DNA of 64,000 bases from a virus (Duplodnaviria > Heunggongvirae > Uroviricota > Caudoviricetes). The translations under genes were made by a program, and so were the position numbers. The stretch covers positions 104,808-168,807 of IMG/VR virus record IMGVR_UViG_3300050821_010761; one strand, 5' to 3'. Positions within the stretch are counted from its first letter, which is position 1. Every line of letters starts with the position of its first letter. The notes under the pieces were generated by a model that searched no databases, was not told the DNA's origin, and saw only the letters and a program-made list of their open reading frames with translations. This document shows, in pieces, positions 1 to 10,466 of this stretch.

Positions 1-948
1 AATGAGTGGCTCATTGACGATATGCTAAGTAGCCTCACTATCAATCCATATATAGCTGATCGTTACGGTAAAGCCAACATAGAAGCTTGCAAGGAATGGT
101 TCAGAAATCAAAAAATTGACGTCTACATGAGACCTCGCAATGACAAAGATGTGCCGCCGTGTATCACGATTCAACCTGGTCCAACTCCTGAAAAATCGGA
201 CATGAAGCACATGGCCGATCTTTCCCCTTTCACGCAGCTTCTTTTACCGTTGGAAATTGGTAAACCAATTCCTTTTGTCGTAAAACCTTTCATACCTACT
301 AGCTACGATGCTTCGACTGGCGAAGTAGGCATAGATCCAAATACTTCTGGCTTTATCTCAATCTCACCTGGAATGATTCTTGTAAATCCTGCAAATTCTG
401 TTGGCTATAAGATCTTGGATGTAACAGACGGAATTATCACCATTGAAGACGGCATAAATCTAGACGCAACGCAATTAGCTGTTTTACCTCAGTTTGCCTA
501 TTATGAAGCCAGAATCGAACATATGTTCTCTCAGGATTCGTATACAATTTCCTGTTATGCACATGGGGACCCTCAGACACTCATTTGGCTACATAGCATC
601 GTTATTTACACAATTTTGAGATATCGCGAAAGTCTCTTGGAAGGTAGTGGATTCGCTGAAAGTGTCGTTAGTAGCGGTGAAGTTCTAGAAGATCCACAAT
701 ATGAGGGACCTGGTGGAGAACTGGGATGGGTTAGAATGATCAACCTAACTGGCCAGGTCGAAAATACTTGGATCAAGCAACCAAGGCGTTTTATAGAAAC
801 TGTGGTGGTTGAGGATGTCGATTGTAACGAAATGTCTGGTGGAATCAAGATCTTAAGTAATCTTGACGCTCCGCCTATAATTGATACTGCAGAAGAAACA
901 TGGTATACGGTTCAGGATCCTTCCAATCCAGATCCAGAAGAGCCCTAA
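1..948 (+). CDS. virion/tail-associated structural protein, 5' end truncated by window edge
   Basis: Open frame runs from nt 1 with no upstream stop. It sits just upstream of the tail sheath gene in a co-oriented structural block. No recognisable catalytic motifs. Confidence 0.4.
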   Translation, partial: NEWLIDDMLSSLTINPYIADRYGKANIEACKEWFRNQKIDVYMRPRNDKDVPPCITIQPGPTPEKSDMKHMADLSPFTQLLLPLEIGKPIPFVVKPFIPTSYDASTGEVGIDPNTSGFISISPGMILVNPANSVGYKILDVTDGIITIEDGINLDATQLAVLPQFAYYEARIEHMFSQDSYTISCYAHGDPQTLIWLHSIVIYTILRYRESLLEGSGFAESVVSSGEVLEDPQYEGPGGELGWVRMINLTGQVENTWIKQPRRFIETVVVEDVDCNEMSGGIKILSNLDAPPIIDTAEETWYTVQDPSNPDPEEP

Positions 949-962
949 GCAATCTTTAGACT

Positions 963-1208
963 ATGCCATATTCTTCAGATCAACAACGTAAATGGGCTCA
1001 TACCGCAGCAGGCAAAAAAGCCTTAGGTGGCGAAGCCGATGTTCACGAGTGGGATGAAGCAAGCAAAGGTAAGAAATTACCTAAATATGCGAAAAACGAA
1101 GAATTGGGCTTAGAAAAAGAATCGGAAAAACAAGGACTTGTAAAAGTTTCAGGAGTGCAAAAACTTCATCAGTTTTTAGCCAATAGAAAGGGTCTGAAGC
1201 AATCTTAA
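963..1208 (+). CDS. small Lys-rich protein
   Basis: 81-aa ORF with GAGGA-like RBS context. Its C-terminal motif KLHQFLANRKGLKQ recurs in the next gene (GHIKLAHFLGHRKGKKQ). Confidence 0.4.
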   Translation: MPYSSDQQRKWAHTAAGKKALGGEADVHEWDEASKGKKLPKYAKNEELGLEKESEKQGLVKVSGVQKLHQFLANRKGLKQS

Positions 1209-1229
1209 AAGCATAAGAGGAATAAAACG

Positions 1230-2288
1230 ATGGCCGAAGAAAAGAAATACACAGCACGGGAAGCCGCTATAGCAGTTTTGGCTAAAGCGGAGGAAATGCT
1301 TAAGAGTTCGAAGCATAAGCACATCGGCTGGGATAAGCTTCATTCAAAATTGGAACATGAGGGTTATTCAAAGGATTCTGCAGATAAAATTGCAGGTTCT
1401 ATAAAGGCTAAAGTACAAAAATCTGAGCCTTTAAAAAAAGACGTAGTAGGTGCTACAGCCGCCAATCCCGTATCCAGAATGGATGCTGGTTTTGGTAAAG
1501 TCATCGTAAAGGGTGAAGGCGAAGGTAAAAAAGACGAATCGATGGCTGGTAATAAAAAAGCTCCAAGTAACTCCAATAAGCCAAGAATCAAAGAAGAGCC
1601 TACTGAAAGAGACTACAATAATTTTGAAACAGAACCTGGTAAAGCTAAAAATGATGATCATCGACAAGCTCAACAAGTTTCTCCTGGAAACAACATGCAT
1701 GAGCAAGCTGAAGGTAACAATAATGACTGGGGTACTGATCCTGGAGTAAAAGGGCACATTAAATTAGCTCATTTTCTTGGACACAGAAAAGGCAAGAAAC
1801 AGATGAGTGCTAGTGGTATGGCTCCTGCACAGGGTGCCAGCATGGAAAAGAACGAAGAAGACAGATCAAAAATGAGCGGTAAAAGCGGAATGGTACGAGG
1901 CACGACGGAATCCAATTTAAATCAGAAAGGCGTTGGCCAAATGGGCCATAAAGGATCTTCTGGTGGAATTAGTGAAGCTGGAGCTTATCATAGAGATAGC
2001 ATGCATGGTCTGAAAGGCGGAAAGGCTGCAGCTAAAGAGATTCATCATAATACGCTTAAAGATCTAAAATCCATGCCAAAGCCTAATCTGACTAAGAAGG
2101 AAAATCCTGATGAAAAACAGGATGCTCAACTGGGCGAAGACGTAGAACATTTGTGTGAAGATCATATGATGGCCAATAAATCTGCTGAAAGAAAAGAAGG
2201 TCATAAAATTGTTCAGAAATCGGAATGTTTTCAATGTTTAGGTAAATCTGAGAAGAAACAAATGAAAAAAGGTATTGCGCTAAGCTAA
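1230..2288 (+). CDS. Lys/Glu-rich low-complexity protein (352 aa), possible internal virion or nucleic-acid-binding protein
   Basis: RBS AAGAGGAATAAAACG-ATG. Extremely hydrophilic with no TM segment. Shares the KLxxFLxxRKGxKQ motif with the preceding ORF. Confidence 0.45.
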   Translation: MAEEKKYTAREAAIAVLAKAEEMLKSSKHKHIGWDKLHSKLEHEGYSKDSADKIAGSIKAKVQKSEPLKKDVVGATAANPVSRMDAGFGKVIVKGEGEGKKDESMAGNKKAPSNSNKPRIKEEPTERDYNNFETEPGKAKNDDHRQAQQVSPGNNMHEQAEGNNNDWGTDPGVKGHIKLAHFLGHRKGKKQMSASGMAPAQGASMEKNEEDRSKMSGKSGMVRGTTESNLNQKGVGQMGHKGSSGGISEAGAYHRDSMHGLKGGKAAAKEIHHNTLKDLKSMPKPNLTKKENPDEKQDAQLGEDVEHLCEDHMMANKSAERKEGHKIVQKSECFQCLGKSEKKQMKKGIALS

Positions 2289-2290
2289 GT

Positions 2291-2584
2291 ATGGCAAAAG
2301 AAAGAATTTCTAGAGTAAATAAGGCTAACGAAAAGCCAATGACACTGGAAGAAGCTAAAGCTTATCGTGCCTCTTTGTATGTTCCACGACAGATAAAGTT
2401 GTCGGATCAACAAAAGAGAGAACAGTTTAGGATTTTTTGGGCTCAAGCAAAACGTAAGTACGGAAAGACTAAAGATCTAGAAGAAATCTTATGGTTGCAT
2501 TTGAAAGCTTCAAAAATGGACGAACCAGACATGTTTGCTAAAGGGCTATTGCATTTTGGATTAAAGGAAATTAAGGGAGAATAA
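2291..2584 (+). CDS. hypothetical protein (97 aa)
   Basis: Tightly packed between flanking genes. Stop/start juxtaposed with the sheath gene. Confidence 0.4.
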   Translation: MAKERISRVNKANEKPMTLEEAKAYRASLYVPRQIKLSDQQKREQFRIFWAQAKRKYGKTKDLEEILWLHLKASKMDEPDMFAKGLLHFGLKEIKGE

Positions 2585-2585
2585 A

Positions 2586-4766
2586 ATGTCTCAAAGACTT
2601 GTAACATCATTCATCAATACGAATATTCCAGGCGCATATCCTAACGTTACGGTTCAAAGTCAACCTGTAGGTTTGGGTCAATCTGGAATCTTGGTAATCA
2701 TGGGCGAAGCCGATGGTGGTCCTAGCTATACTGAAGTTGCACTGAAAAACAACTCTTTTACGGTCGATCAACTCACAAAAGTTCAAAACATGTACATCAG
2801 TGGACAGATCGTTGATGCTTTCGCGGCTTTAACGGCTCCTTCAAATGATGCTAACATTACTGGATCTGCTAACCAAGTTTATATCGTAAAAACAAACACT
2901 AGCTCACAAGCTTCGGCTTCTGTTGCCGCAAACACTTCTTCTCCTTCTGTATATGGTATTTTGACCGATCGAAACTATGGTATCAATGGTAATAATTATA
3001 GTTATCAAGTTACTTCGATTCAAGCAGAAGCTCCTCCAGCCATCATCGGCGGGACAATCACTTCATTTAGTGGGCTCAGTGGAGATAGTTTCACAGTTCG
3101 TTTAAATGGTGGCGCTGCTATTGTGGTCACTTTGATGGGAACCATCACGAACGTTGCGACTTTGGTAACTTCGTTGAATAACGCATTTACTGCTGCTTCA
3201 ATCACTACTTTGACTGCTGCTCCAAATGCATTGTCCCCAACCACTAGCATTCAAATTACCGTTAATGCTGACCCACAAGCTTACAGCGAAGGGTTTGGTA
3301 AAGCAGTAGAACTCATCGATTCTACTCCTGGCGATTTGGCTGCTCTTGGATTAGTTGCAGGAATTACTTTTTCTGCTGCTGAGCCAGAAGTTGAAGTGCA
3401 AATCAGCAACGCTTCGACTGGTCTCAACTCTACTTTGGACGTCACTCCAAGTGTAGCCCTGATGATCGGTTATCAAGGAACTACGGCTACTTTAACTATT
3501 AATCAAGCAGCTGATACCTTGACTACTACTGTAACAGGTGGATCGGGCGCAAACTTGAGCCTGACGCTCAGCAACTATAAGACGGTCGCAGTTTTGGCTT
3601 CTTATATCGCTTCTCAACCAGGTTACAGTGCAGCTGCTTCACCTGCGGCTCAACAACAACCTACTAGCGCATTAGATGACGTTTCAGCAATCGGAATCGC
3701 TTCTACTGGTGCTGGCGACATGCCTGGAAGAGTAAAAAACTCTTTGGCGACGTTCGAGACTGTTCTTGGCACTTCCACTGCCTTGAGCTTTACCGCAACA
3801 GCTACTGCTGGTTTACCAGCTGTTATGGCTAGCCCAGCGTTCCTGACTGGTGGTGCTCGCGGTGGTACATTGGCCGCTGACATCGTTAATGCCCTACAAC
3901 TTATCGCTGGTATCCAGTGCAATATCATTGTTCCACTGTTCTCGGAAGATGCAACTGCGGATATCGAACTTGGTTTAACTGATCCAAGTTCTACTTATAC
4001 GATCGCAGCTATCAACGCAGCTGTTAAGAATCATTGCATTGAATTCAGCACTCCGTCACTTAAGAGAAATCGTATTTGTATCTTGTCTTACTGGACTAAC
4101 AACTATACGAATGCCGCTGCCGTTGCACAGGGATTAGCAAATTATCGCTGCTCGCTCACCATGCAGATGTCGACCCAGATCAATGCGCTTGGAGTTATCA
4201 CTAACTTCATGCCATGGTATACTGCCGTAATTGCAGCTGGTATGCAAGCTGGTGGATTCTATAAGTCCATCTGTAACAAATTAGCAAACGTTATCTCGTT
4301 CACTGATCCTTCGGGATTCGATTCTGGAAGTCCTGGTGACGTGGAAGCTGCATTATCAGCTGGTTTGTTGTTCTTGACTGCCAATACTGCAGGAAGCCTG
4401 TGGGTTAGCGATCAAACGACTTATGGCTTTGACACTAACTTCGTCTACAACAGTATCCAGGCCGTTTACGACTCGGATATCTTGGCTCTTGACCTGGCAG
4501 CTAGCTTCCAGGCGGCTTTCGTTGGTCAATCTTTGGCAGATGTCGATGCCGCTACCGCTTTGAGTTATTTGTCTCAAAAAATGGAAGGCTACAAGAAATT
4601 GAAACTCATCGCCGCTAGCGACGATGCTCCCCTTGGCTATAAAAACGCCAGCGTAAGCATCTTGGCTCCCACGATGACTATCCAGGTAGAGATCAAACTC
4701 GCTACTGCAATTTACTTCATCCCAATCAGCATCAACATCTCGCAAGTACAGCAGTCTGCGGGTTAA
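2586..4766 (+). CDS. contractile tail sheath protein
   Basis: 726 aa. N-terminus has a hydrophobic stretch plus GEADGG, as in P2 FI/T4 gp18-type sheath proteins. Immediately followed by a tail-tube-like gene, the classical sheath-tube gene order. Confidence 0.7.
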   Translation: MSQRLVTSFINTNIPGAYPNVTVQSQPVGLGQSGILVIMGEADGGPSYTEVALKNNSFTVDQLTKVQNMYISGQIVDAFAALTAPSNDANITGSANQVYIVKTNTSSQASASVAANTSSPSVYGILTDRNYGINGNNYSYQVTSIQAEAPPAIIGGTITSFSGLSGDSFTVRLNGGAAIVVTLMGTITNVATLVTSLNNAFTAASITTLTAAPNALSPTTSIQITVNADPQAYSEGFGKAVELIDSTPGDLAALGLVAGITFSAAEPEVEVQISNASTGLNSTLDVTPSVALMIGYQGTTATLTINQAADTLTTTVTGGSGANLSLTLSNYKTVAVLASYIASQPGYSAAASPAAQQQPTSALDDVSAIGIASTGAGDMPGRVKNSLATFETVLGTSTALSFTATATAGLPAVMASPAFLTGGARGGTLAADIVNALQLIAGIQCNIIVPLFSEDATADIELGLTDPSSTYTIAAINAAVKNHCIEFSTPSLKRNRICILSYWTNNYTNAAAVAQGLANYRCSLTMQMSTQINALGVITNFMPWYTAVIAAGMQAGGFYKSICNKLANVISFTDPSGFDSGSPGDVEAALSAGLLFLTANTAGSLWVSDQTTYGFDTNFVYNSIQAVYDSDILALDLAASFQAAFVGQSLADVDAATALSYLSQKMEGYKKLKLIAASDDAPLGYKNASVSILAPTMTIQVEIKLATAIYFIPISINISQVQQSAG

Positions 4767-4790
4767 TCTATAAGGTAATTAGGAGAAAAT

Positions 4791-5291
4791 ATGGCAGGAA
4801 ATCCTTCGAGTCCAAATCCGCTTCCAAAAGGTTATACAGCCACCACTGGTGGAAAAGTAGTAACTGGCGCACGAGCCCGAGTTTATGTGAATAATCAACT
4901 AATTGGCATCTTTGAAAGTTGCACAGTTTCGAGTTCTTTGGGAACTGAACCTATCTTTTTGTTGGGTCGTTATGCTCCTGATGAGATCTCAATCACTTCT
5001 AGCGAAGCTGTAAACGTTACATGCTCTGGATTCCGAGTGGTTGGCGCTGGCTTGCACACCTTGCCTGCTTACCCTCTAGTTTCGGACCTTTTGTTGTTTG
5101 ATCCCTTCACGATCACCGTCGTGGACAGGCAAACTGGCGAAACTCTTGAAACTATCCTTGGTTGTACGCCTAGCTCGCAAAATACGAACTACAACGCTAA
5201 AGCGACTAGCAAAGTCAATATCACTTACATCGGCACTCTTGGATTCAACGAAGACGCCAATGACAGTGATCCAGGCAATACGCTCCCTTAA
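4791..5291 (+). CDS. tail tube protein
   Basis: 166 aa with RBS AGGAGAAAAT-ATG. Pattern RVYVNNQLIGIFESCTVSS...E.I resembles the T4 gp19/Pvc tube family. Lies directly downstream of the sheath gene. Confidence 0.65.
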   Translation: MAGNPSSPNPLPKGYTATTGGKVVTGARARVYVNNQLIGIFESCTVSSSLGTEPIFLLGRYAPDEISITSSEAVNVTCSGFRVVGAGLHTLPAYPLVSDLLLFDPFTITVVDRQTGETLETILGCTPSSQNTNYNAKATSKVNITYIGTLGFNEDANDSDPGNTLP

Positions 5292-5343
5292 GTATTTTAA
5301 TTATGAGCATGAGTTAAAAGGTAAGCATTTTTATAATCTGATT

Positions 5344-5395
5344 GGGTAGTTCTATCTACCCCAAAGGGTAGTTTCATCTACCCTTTTTATTTTTG
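5344..5395 (+). terminator. tandem-hairpin rho-independent terminator after the sheath-tube operon
   Basis: Two copies of the GGGTAG-N6-CTACCC hairpin. The second is followed by TTTTTATTTTT. Confidence 0.65.
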
Positions 5396-5545
5396 AGACC
5401 GTCGTTTCAATTGCTTAAGACTCCGCTATAGCGGCAATGTGGGTGCAAATCCCATCGGTCTCGCTACCGCTTAAATTCTTTCTGAGCCAATCTTCATATA
5501 GTTCGCATGGGCGAATATATGCAAATAGCATAGGGTAGGGTTAAA

Positions 5546-6454
5546 TTGGCTATAGAGAAGGCGTGGGCGGCGGTTCCACCACAATTATTCACGGCTGACG
5601 GAACTACATTAGGCGTTGTAACAGTTGCAAATACTTCAGGTTTCAAGGTCAAACAACTAGTCACTATAGCCAATGGCGCTCCTTCCACTTTATCTGTACA
5701 AGTCCAAGTTAGAAGAGTCTTATCCTCGACACAATTGATCGTAGGTCCAAATCCAGCTACGCTCCAACCTCCATTCAAACAAGAAGGCGCTTCGTTATTA
5801 TCTAAGCGTTATGATATTTCGGCATTTACCGTTGCCGCTGGAGCCTACATATACGCTGGAGAACTCCCTAAAGTAATCATACCGATTCCAGATGTGGTTG
5901 CTGCAGTTTACGATCAAGAACCCACAGTCGCTATTCGTACAACTGGCGTAGACCAATTTGGTAATTATTATAGCGATACGAATCCTCTTCCAGTAGCTTT
6001 TGATGGTACCGTAGAAATTGGCGATGTTTCCATCGTAGAAGGTGGCAACACTATGACCGTCAATTCTGACGGCTCAATCAATGTAAATGTAATTGAAACC
6101 CCCATTTCTGGACAAACCGTAATAAGTGTTTATAATCAAGTACTTAATATCGCCTCTGGAATAGAAACCACATTAATAAATTACACCGTACCTCCTGGCT
6201 ATACCGCTGTTTTGGAAAGAATCAGTGTGTCTGGTGAGAATATAGCCAGATATGACGTATTGTACAATAGTAATCCATTTGATACTCGTAGGACCATGTT
6301 TGGCGGTAATCTGACCACTGATTTCGATTACACGACTGGCACATCGAATGGTTTCGTGCTAAATGCTGGCGACACCCTAATAGTACAAGTTTTACATGAA
6401 AGACCGTACACTGGAACCTTTAACGCTAGACTTCAAGTTCTTCAAATTGCTTAA
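5546..6454 (+). CDS. fiber-like/virion structural protein (302 aa, TTG start)
   Basis: Long ORF with no ATG near its 5' end, so a TTG start is used. C-terminal YTVPPGYTAVLERISVSGENI motif is shared with the 490-aa protein. Confidence 0.45.
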   Translation: MAIEKAWAAVPPQLFTADGTTLGVVTVANTSGFKVKQLVTIANGAPSTLSVQVQVRRVLSSTQLIVGPNPATLQPPFKQEGASLLSKRYDISAFTVAAGAYIYAGELPKVIIPIPDVVAAVYDQEPTVAIRTTGVDQFGNYYSDTNPLPVAFDGTVEIGDVSIVEGGNTMTVNSDGSINVNVIETPISGQTVISVYNQVLNIASGIETTLINYTVPPGYTAVLERISVSGENIARYDVLYNSNPFDTRRTMFGGNLTTDFDYTTGTSNGFVLNAGDTLIVQVLHERPYTGTFNARLQVLQIA

Positions 6455-6504
6455 TAAAAACACACTCTAAGGCTGCCAAAGCAATCTTAGATATAGAGGT
6501 ATCC

Positions 6505-6690
6505 ATGACCCCTTACGAACTTAAAAAAATTCAAGTTGAGCTAAAGCGAGTTAACGCTGGGCGAGAAGAACAAGAACTAAAAATTCTTGAGCTTCAAGAT
6601 ACCATCAAACGAATAGAAGCTAGCATAGATTCATCTATGGCTAAAGAAAAAGAATTAGAAGAAAAAATTAGAAACGCAAAGGTTGAATAA
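6505..6690 (+). CDS. small coiled-coil protein
   Basis: 61 aa with heptad-like KE-rich sequence, between fiber-like genes. Confidence 0.3.
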   Translation: MTPYELKKIQVELKRVNAGREEQELKILELQDTIKRIEASIDSSMAKEKELEEKIRNAKVE

Positions 6691-6702
6691 GGAAATTAAA
6701 TT

Positions 6703-8175
6703 ATGGCAGACTACAATTCAGAACTCCCAATAAGGTCATCATTACCTGGTCAGGTATTGCCTGATGACGTAATTATAAAAATTGGTGATGGTACAAATCC
6801 CACTACACAATTAGCTTCGGTGGACGTACACGGAAGTGTTCAGTCGAGAATCGCAGATGCTTCTGGCGATGTAATGGGAAGTCAGCTTCTAAGCGCGACC
6901 TATTGGCTACAAATTGTAGAGCCTTCTAACGGCCCGACTGCTCCTGGTACTGCAGCCGCATATTCTTCACTCATTGGCGGTCAGTACAACTCAACATTAC
7001 CTACGCTGACTACTGGCCAACAATCCGCCATACAAGTAAATGCAAATGGTATTCTTTTAACTGCTCCAACACCCGATCAATACCCGTCTACTCAATCAAT
7101 TACTGCACAAGACACGGCCACTACTAGTACCGCTGCATTCAACCAAACTTGGTACACTGGTACGCCGACCGCTGGATCGGCTGCAACTTTTACTCTATTA
7201 TCAGATGAAACAGCCATGTTCGAAATCAGCGGAACGTGGACTGGCACTTTACAGTGCGAGATATCAGTAGATGGTGGGACCACTTGGGTAGCCAACTCCT
7301 TACATATTTCGGCTTCTCCAATAAATACTGCACAATTTACTGGTAACGTTATAGGTTTTACAAATATAGCCGCAAAGACACAAATACGAATTAGAGCTAT
7401 TTCTGCGTGGACTGGTACTGCTACTGTTAGGATAAATCTATCAGTAAACTCAGAATCTATCTACGTTGCTAATCCAATTAAGTTGTTGGATGGTTCTTCT
7501 TCAACTTCGACGGTTGAAGCTAACATATTAGCTGCTTCAACAGCAGCATCTGCTACAAACACATCATTGGTTGTCGCTTTATCTCCTAATACTCCACTGC
7601 CATCTGGCACTAATGCATTGGGTACAGTAAATGCTTCAAACTTCCCCACTACCGTAGATACGAACTACGGCACTGTTGATTCAAGCACTATTAGAACTGC
7701 TTCCCAAATCGGCAATGCCGCAGGTGCTGCAGATTTTAATAATGGTGCGACCGATGCACAAACTTTACGAGTTGCCGCAAACCTTGCAGTTGCTGGAGCA
7801 AACGTAACCGTTAGTAACCCCGTACCTGTCACCATTACTTCTGCATCGGCTGGCACACCAATTCAACAATATCTAACATCGGCGAACTTAGCATCTGGTG
7901 CTTCTGCTACTTTAACTTACACTGTTCCAGCAGGACATACATTTAGCTTAGAGAGAATTTGGGCTAGCGCATCTGGAAAAATTAAAGTAGTAGTTCAAAA
8001 TGGTGCAACAACCATCTACGCAGCTTTTAATAGCACAGCTAATCCGAACATAGATATTACAGTTACTGCTCCCCCAACCATAGCTGCTGCTGGAACAGTC
8101 AACGTAACTATTACCAACGAAGACAAGGCGGCGTTTGACGTATACGCCACCGTCGAAGGTAACCAAATCACCTAA
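6703..8175 (+). CDS. Ser/Thr-rich fiber-like structural protein (490 aa)
   Basis: RBS AAGGAAATTAAATT-ATG. T/S/A/N-rich beta-type composition. C-terminal LTYTVPAGHTFSLERIWASASGKI is paralogous to the 302-aa protein. Confidence 0.5.
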   Translation: MADYNSELPIRSSLPGQVLPDDVIIKIGDGTNPTTQLASVDVHGSVQSRIADASGDVMGSQLLSATYWLQIVEPSNGPTAPGTAAAYSSLIGGQYNSTLPTLTTGQQSAIQVNANGILLTAPTPDQYPSTQSITAQDTATTSTAAFNQTWYTGTPTAGSAATFTLLSDETAMFEISGTWTGTLQCEISVDGGTTWVANSLHISASPINTAQFTGNVIGFTNIAAKTQIRIRAISAWTGTATVRINLSVNSESIYVANPIKLLDGSSSTSTVEANILAASTAASATNTSLVVALSPNTPLPSGTNALGTVNASNFPTTVDTNYGTVDSSTIRTASQIGNAAGAADFNNGATDAQTLRVAANLAVAGANVTVSNPVPVTITSASAGTPIQQYLTSANLASGASATLTYTVPAGHTFSLERIWASASGKIKVVVQNGATTIYAAFNSTANPNIDITVTAPPTIAAAGTVNVTITNEDKAAFDVYATVEGNQIT

Positions 8176-8195
8176 TAGGTGAAAGTAGGTACGGG

Positions 8196-10466
8196 TTGGC
8201 TGATTTACCATATATACAACAGCGTCAAGAGGTTTCCATCGCTGGTCAGGATTCGACTGGCGATCAAGTCAATTACGTAAGTGCCGACGCTAATGGCAAC
8301 ATGTTCGTTAAGGATTATGCGGACGGTGCTACTGGCTCTGCTGTTCCATCTGTTACCACGCAAATAGGTGGTTCGGATGGCACTGATCTCAGAACTTTAT
8401 CTACGGATACATCTGGCAAACTTAAGGTTAATCTCAACGACGGCGCTGGCAATCCCATAACTTCTGCTTCAAACGGAAATGCGGGAAATCAACTATTACA
8501 TGTTCAAGTTCCAGATACTACGACTACTGTCGTAGCACTGGGTGCATTAAACGCCACTATTTCTATTCAAATGGCTGGTCTTCCTGGCGTGGGTTTTCAG
8601 CTTGCAGCTGGCACATTCATAGGAACCATAACTCCACAGTGTTCTTTGGATGGCGGAACATCGTGGGTTAATTGTGCGTTTTATAATCCAATAAGCACAT
8701 CGGCCTCCTCCAATTATTCTTTTTTTACAAGCAATACACTTACGGTACTTTCGATATTACCTATCAATGGATCGTCAAACGTCAGAGTAATAGTTACAAG
8801 CTATGTTAGCGGTACTGCAAATGCCATCATGCGAGCTTCAGAGATTTTAGGACCAGTAGCTTCGTCGGCGTCATTACAAGATCCTCAGACCTATAACTAT
8901 TCTAATGTGACAGTTAGAAATGAACTTAGAAACGCTACCTCTATACGCTTAAGAGGTGCAGATTTTATTGGAACTATTTTAGATACCAACATGTGGTCTG
9001 CAACATTGACTGGTAGTGGTTCAGACGTTATATCTGACGGCGTAATCAATTTGTCAACTGGCACTACAGCTAATTCATCATCTTTTCTGGCTTCTGTTCA
9101 TAGATCTAGATATGTTGCTGGTACGGTGAACGCTTTTCATGGAGGAATTCGACTTGGGGATACGGGAGTAGCTAACAACGTTAGAAGGTGGGGTGCATAC
9201 GATAGCCAAGACGGCGTGTATTTTCAACTTAATGGTACTACTCCAGGTGTAGGAATAAGAAATGCTGGCGTAGATACTATAATCACGAGTTTTAACGGTC
9301 CGCATCCATTAGTACTAGATACAAATTTTCATATCTGGGAGATTCAATATTCATTTGCCGCAGGAACCGCTTATTTCTATCAAGATAATAATTTAATACA
9401 TACATATACTTCACCCACTTCTAGCTTATCCTCAAATCCAAATTATCATCTAGGATTTGAAAGTACTAATTCAGGCGGCGGGACTACTAACGCTTCTCTG
9501 TATATTCGCGGTACGTCCATCATGAGATATGGTGAGGCCGATGTCAAGCCTAGATTCTTTCATCCGATGTTTTCGTCTAGGGTGCAGAATACTACAGGTA
9601 CTACTACTGGATCTGCATCAACTTTAGTTATTCCCATTAGTGCTACAAAAGCTGGGGATTTAATTGTTGTTACTGCCGCTGCCTTAGCGAGTACTCTAAC
9701 AATCACAGATAGTGCATCTCAAACGTATTCCACTGCTACTAGTCAAACTTCCAGTGCAATTCACTTTTATACATTTTATGTGGCAAATACTGCAGCTGGT
9801 GTTACTTCTATTACGTTGACTCCTGGAGCCAGTACTCCTGTTGTAGCTATTGTTACAGAATATGCTAATGTTATTGCTTCTTCTCCTTTAGATCAAATTT
9901 CCACTAACACAAATTTAACCGCAACTTCTTGGACTAGTAATAATACTCCATCAACAACTCAGGCCGTAGAACTTTTAGTTGGTTCTGCTCTAGATTTCGC
10001 GCATAATAACGACGTATTCACAGCAGGTTCTGGATGGCTGGCAACCAATACTGTGAATGGCGTCGGTGGCGGCAATAACTTGACGGCTTTCCAAGAAGAT
10101 ATGTACGTAACTTCAATTGGCACATATGCGGCTACAGGAACAAATACTACATCAACTACTATATTGGCTGCTATCGCGACATTTAAATTTTCTAGTACCA
10201 TTTTATCCAATGGGCTGACTATACTAAATGCACCTACCGTGATTAATATCGGTGCAGGAACACTTCGCAGAGTAATAATAAATACTCCTGGGACTGGATC
10301 GGCGAGTATGACTTTTTATGACAACACCACCAATTCAGGTCAGGTCATAGCAGTTGTTTCTCTTACGTCTGGACAAAATGAACTTGATTATGATTTAGAT
10401 TATGATAACGGGCTAACTATGGTTGTTAACTCAAGCACCGCAGATTTTACGGTGATCTATGATTAA
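8196..10466 (+). CDS. large fiber/receptor-binding-like protein with concanavalin/LamG-like central domain (756 aa, TTG start)
   Basis: Central segment (SSFLASVHRSRYVAGTVNAFHGG...WEIQYSF...YFYQDN) has a jelly-roll lectin-like pattern. C-terminal module is paralogous to the end of the 184-aa protein. Confidence 0.5.
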   Translation: MADLPYIQQRQEVSIAGQDSTGDQVNYVSADANGNMFVKDYADGATGSAVPSVTTQIGGSDGTDLRTLSTDTSGKLKVNLNDGAGNPITSASNGNAGNQLLHVQVPDTTTTVVALGALNATISIQMAGLPGVGFQLAAGTFIGTITPQCSLDGGTSWVNCAFYNPISTSASSNYSFFTSNTLTVLSILPINGSSNVRVIVTSYVSGTANAIMRASEILGPVASSASLQDPQTYNYSNVTVRNELRNATSIRLRGADFIGTILDTNMWSATLTGSGSDVISDGVINLSTGTTANSSSFLASVHRSRYVAGTVNAFHGGIRLGDTGVANNVRRWGAYDSQDGVYFQLNGTTPGVGIRNAGVDTIITSFNGPHPLVLDTNFHIWEIQYSFAAGTAYFYQDNNLIHTYTSPTSSLSSNPNYHLGFESTNSGGGTTNASLYIRGTSIMRYGEADVKPRFFHPMFSSRVQNTTGTTTGSASTLVIPISATKAGDLIVVTAAALASTLTITDSASQTYSTATSQTSSAIHFYTFYVANTAAGVTSITLTPGASTPVVAIVTEYANVIASSPLDQISTNTNLTATSWTSNNTPSTTQAVELLVGSALDFAHNNDVFTAGSGWLATNTVNGVGGGNNLTAFQEDMYVTSIGTYAATGTNTTSTTILAAIATFKFSSTILSNGLTILNAPTVINIGAGTLRRVIINTPGTGSASMTFYDNTTNSGQVIAVVSLTSGQNELDYDLDYDNGLTMVVNSSTADFTVIYD

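Noticed and set aside
3020-4745. Antisense ORFs (3020-3250, 3650-3928, 4356-4745) inside the tail sheath gene
   Set aside because: Embedded in a long, well-supported + strand gene. Ala/Pro-rich translations typical of reverse-frame artefacts.
5098-5349. 83-aa + strand ORF overlapping the tail tube gene and the terminator
   Set aside because: Alternative frame of the tube gene running into the terminator hairpin. No RBS.
5394-5462. tRNA-like candidate: GAGACCG...CGGTCTC 7-bp acceptor-type pairing enclosing a GTGGG-TGCAAAT-CCCAT T-arm-like hairpin
   Set aside because: Only 69 nt. No credible D-arm or anticodon arm (just a 4-bp/4-nt hairpin). The T-loop lacks the conserved TTC. More likely a promoter/leader structure downstream of the terminator.
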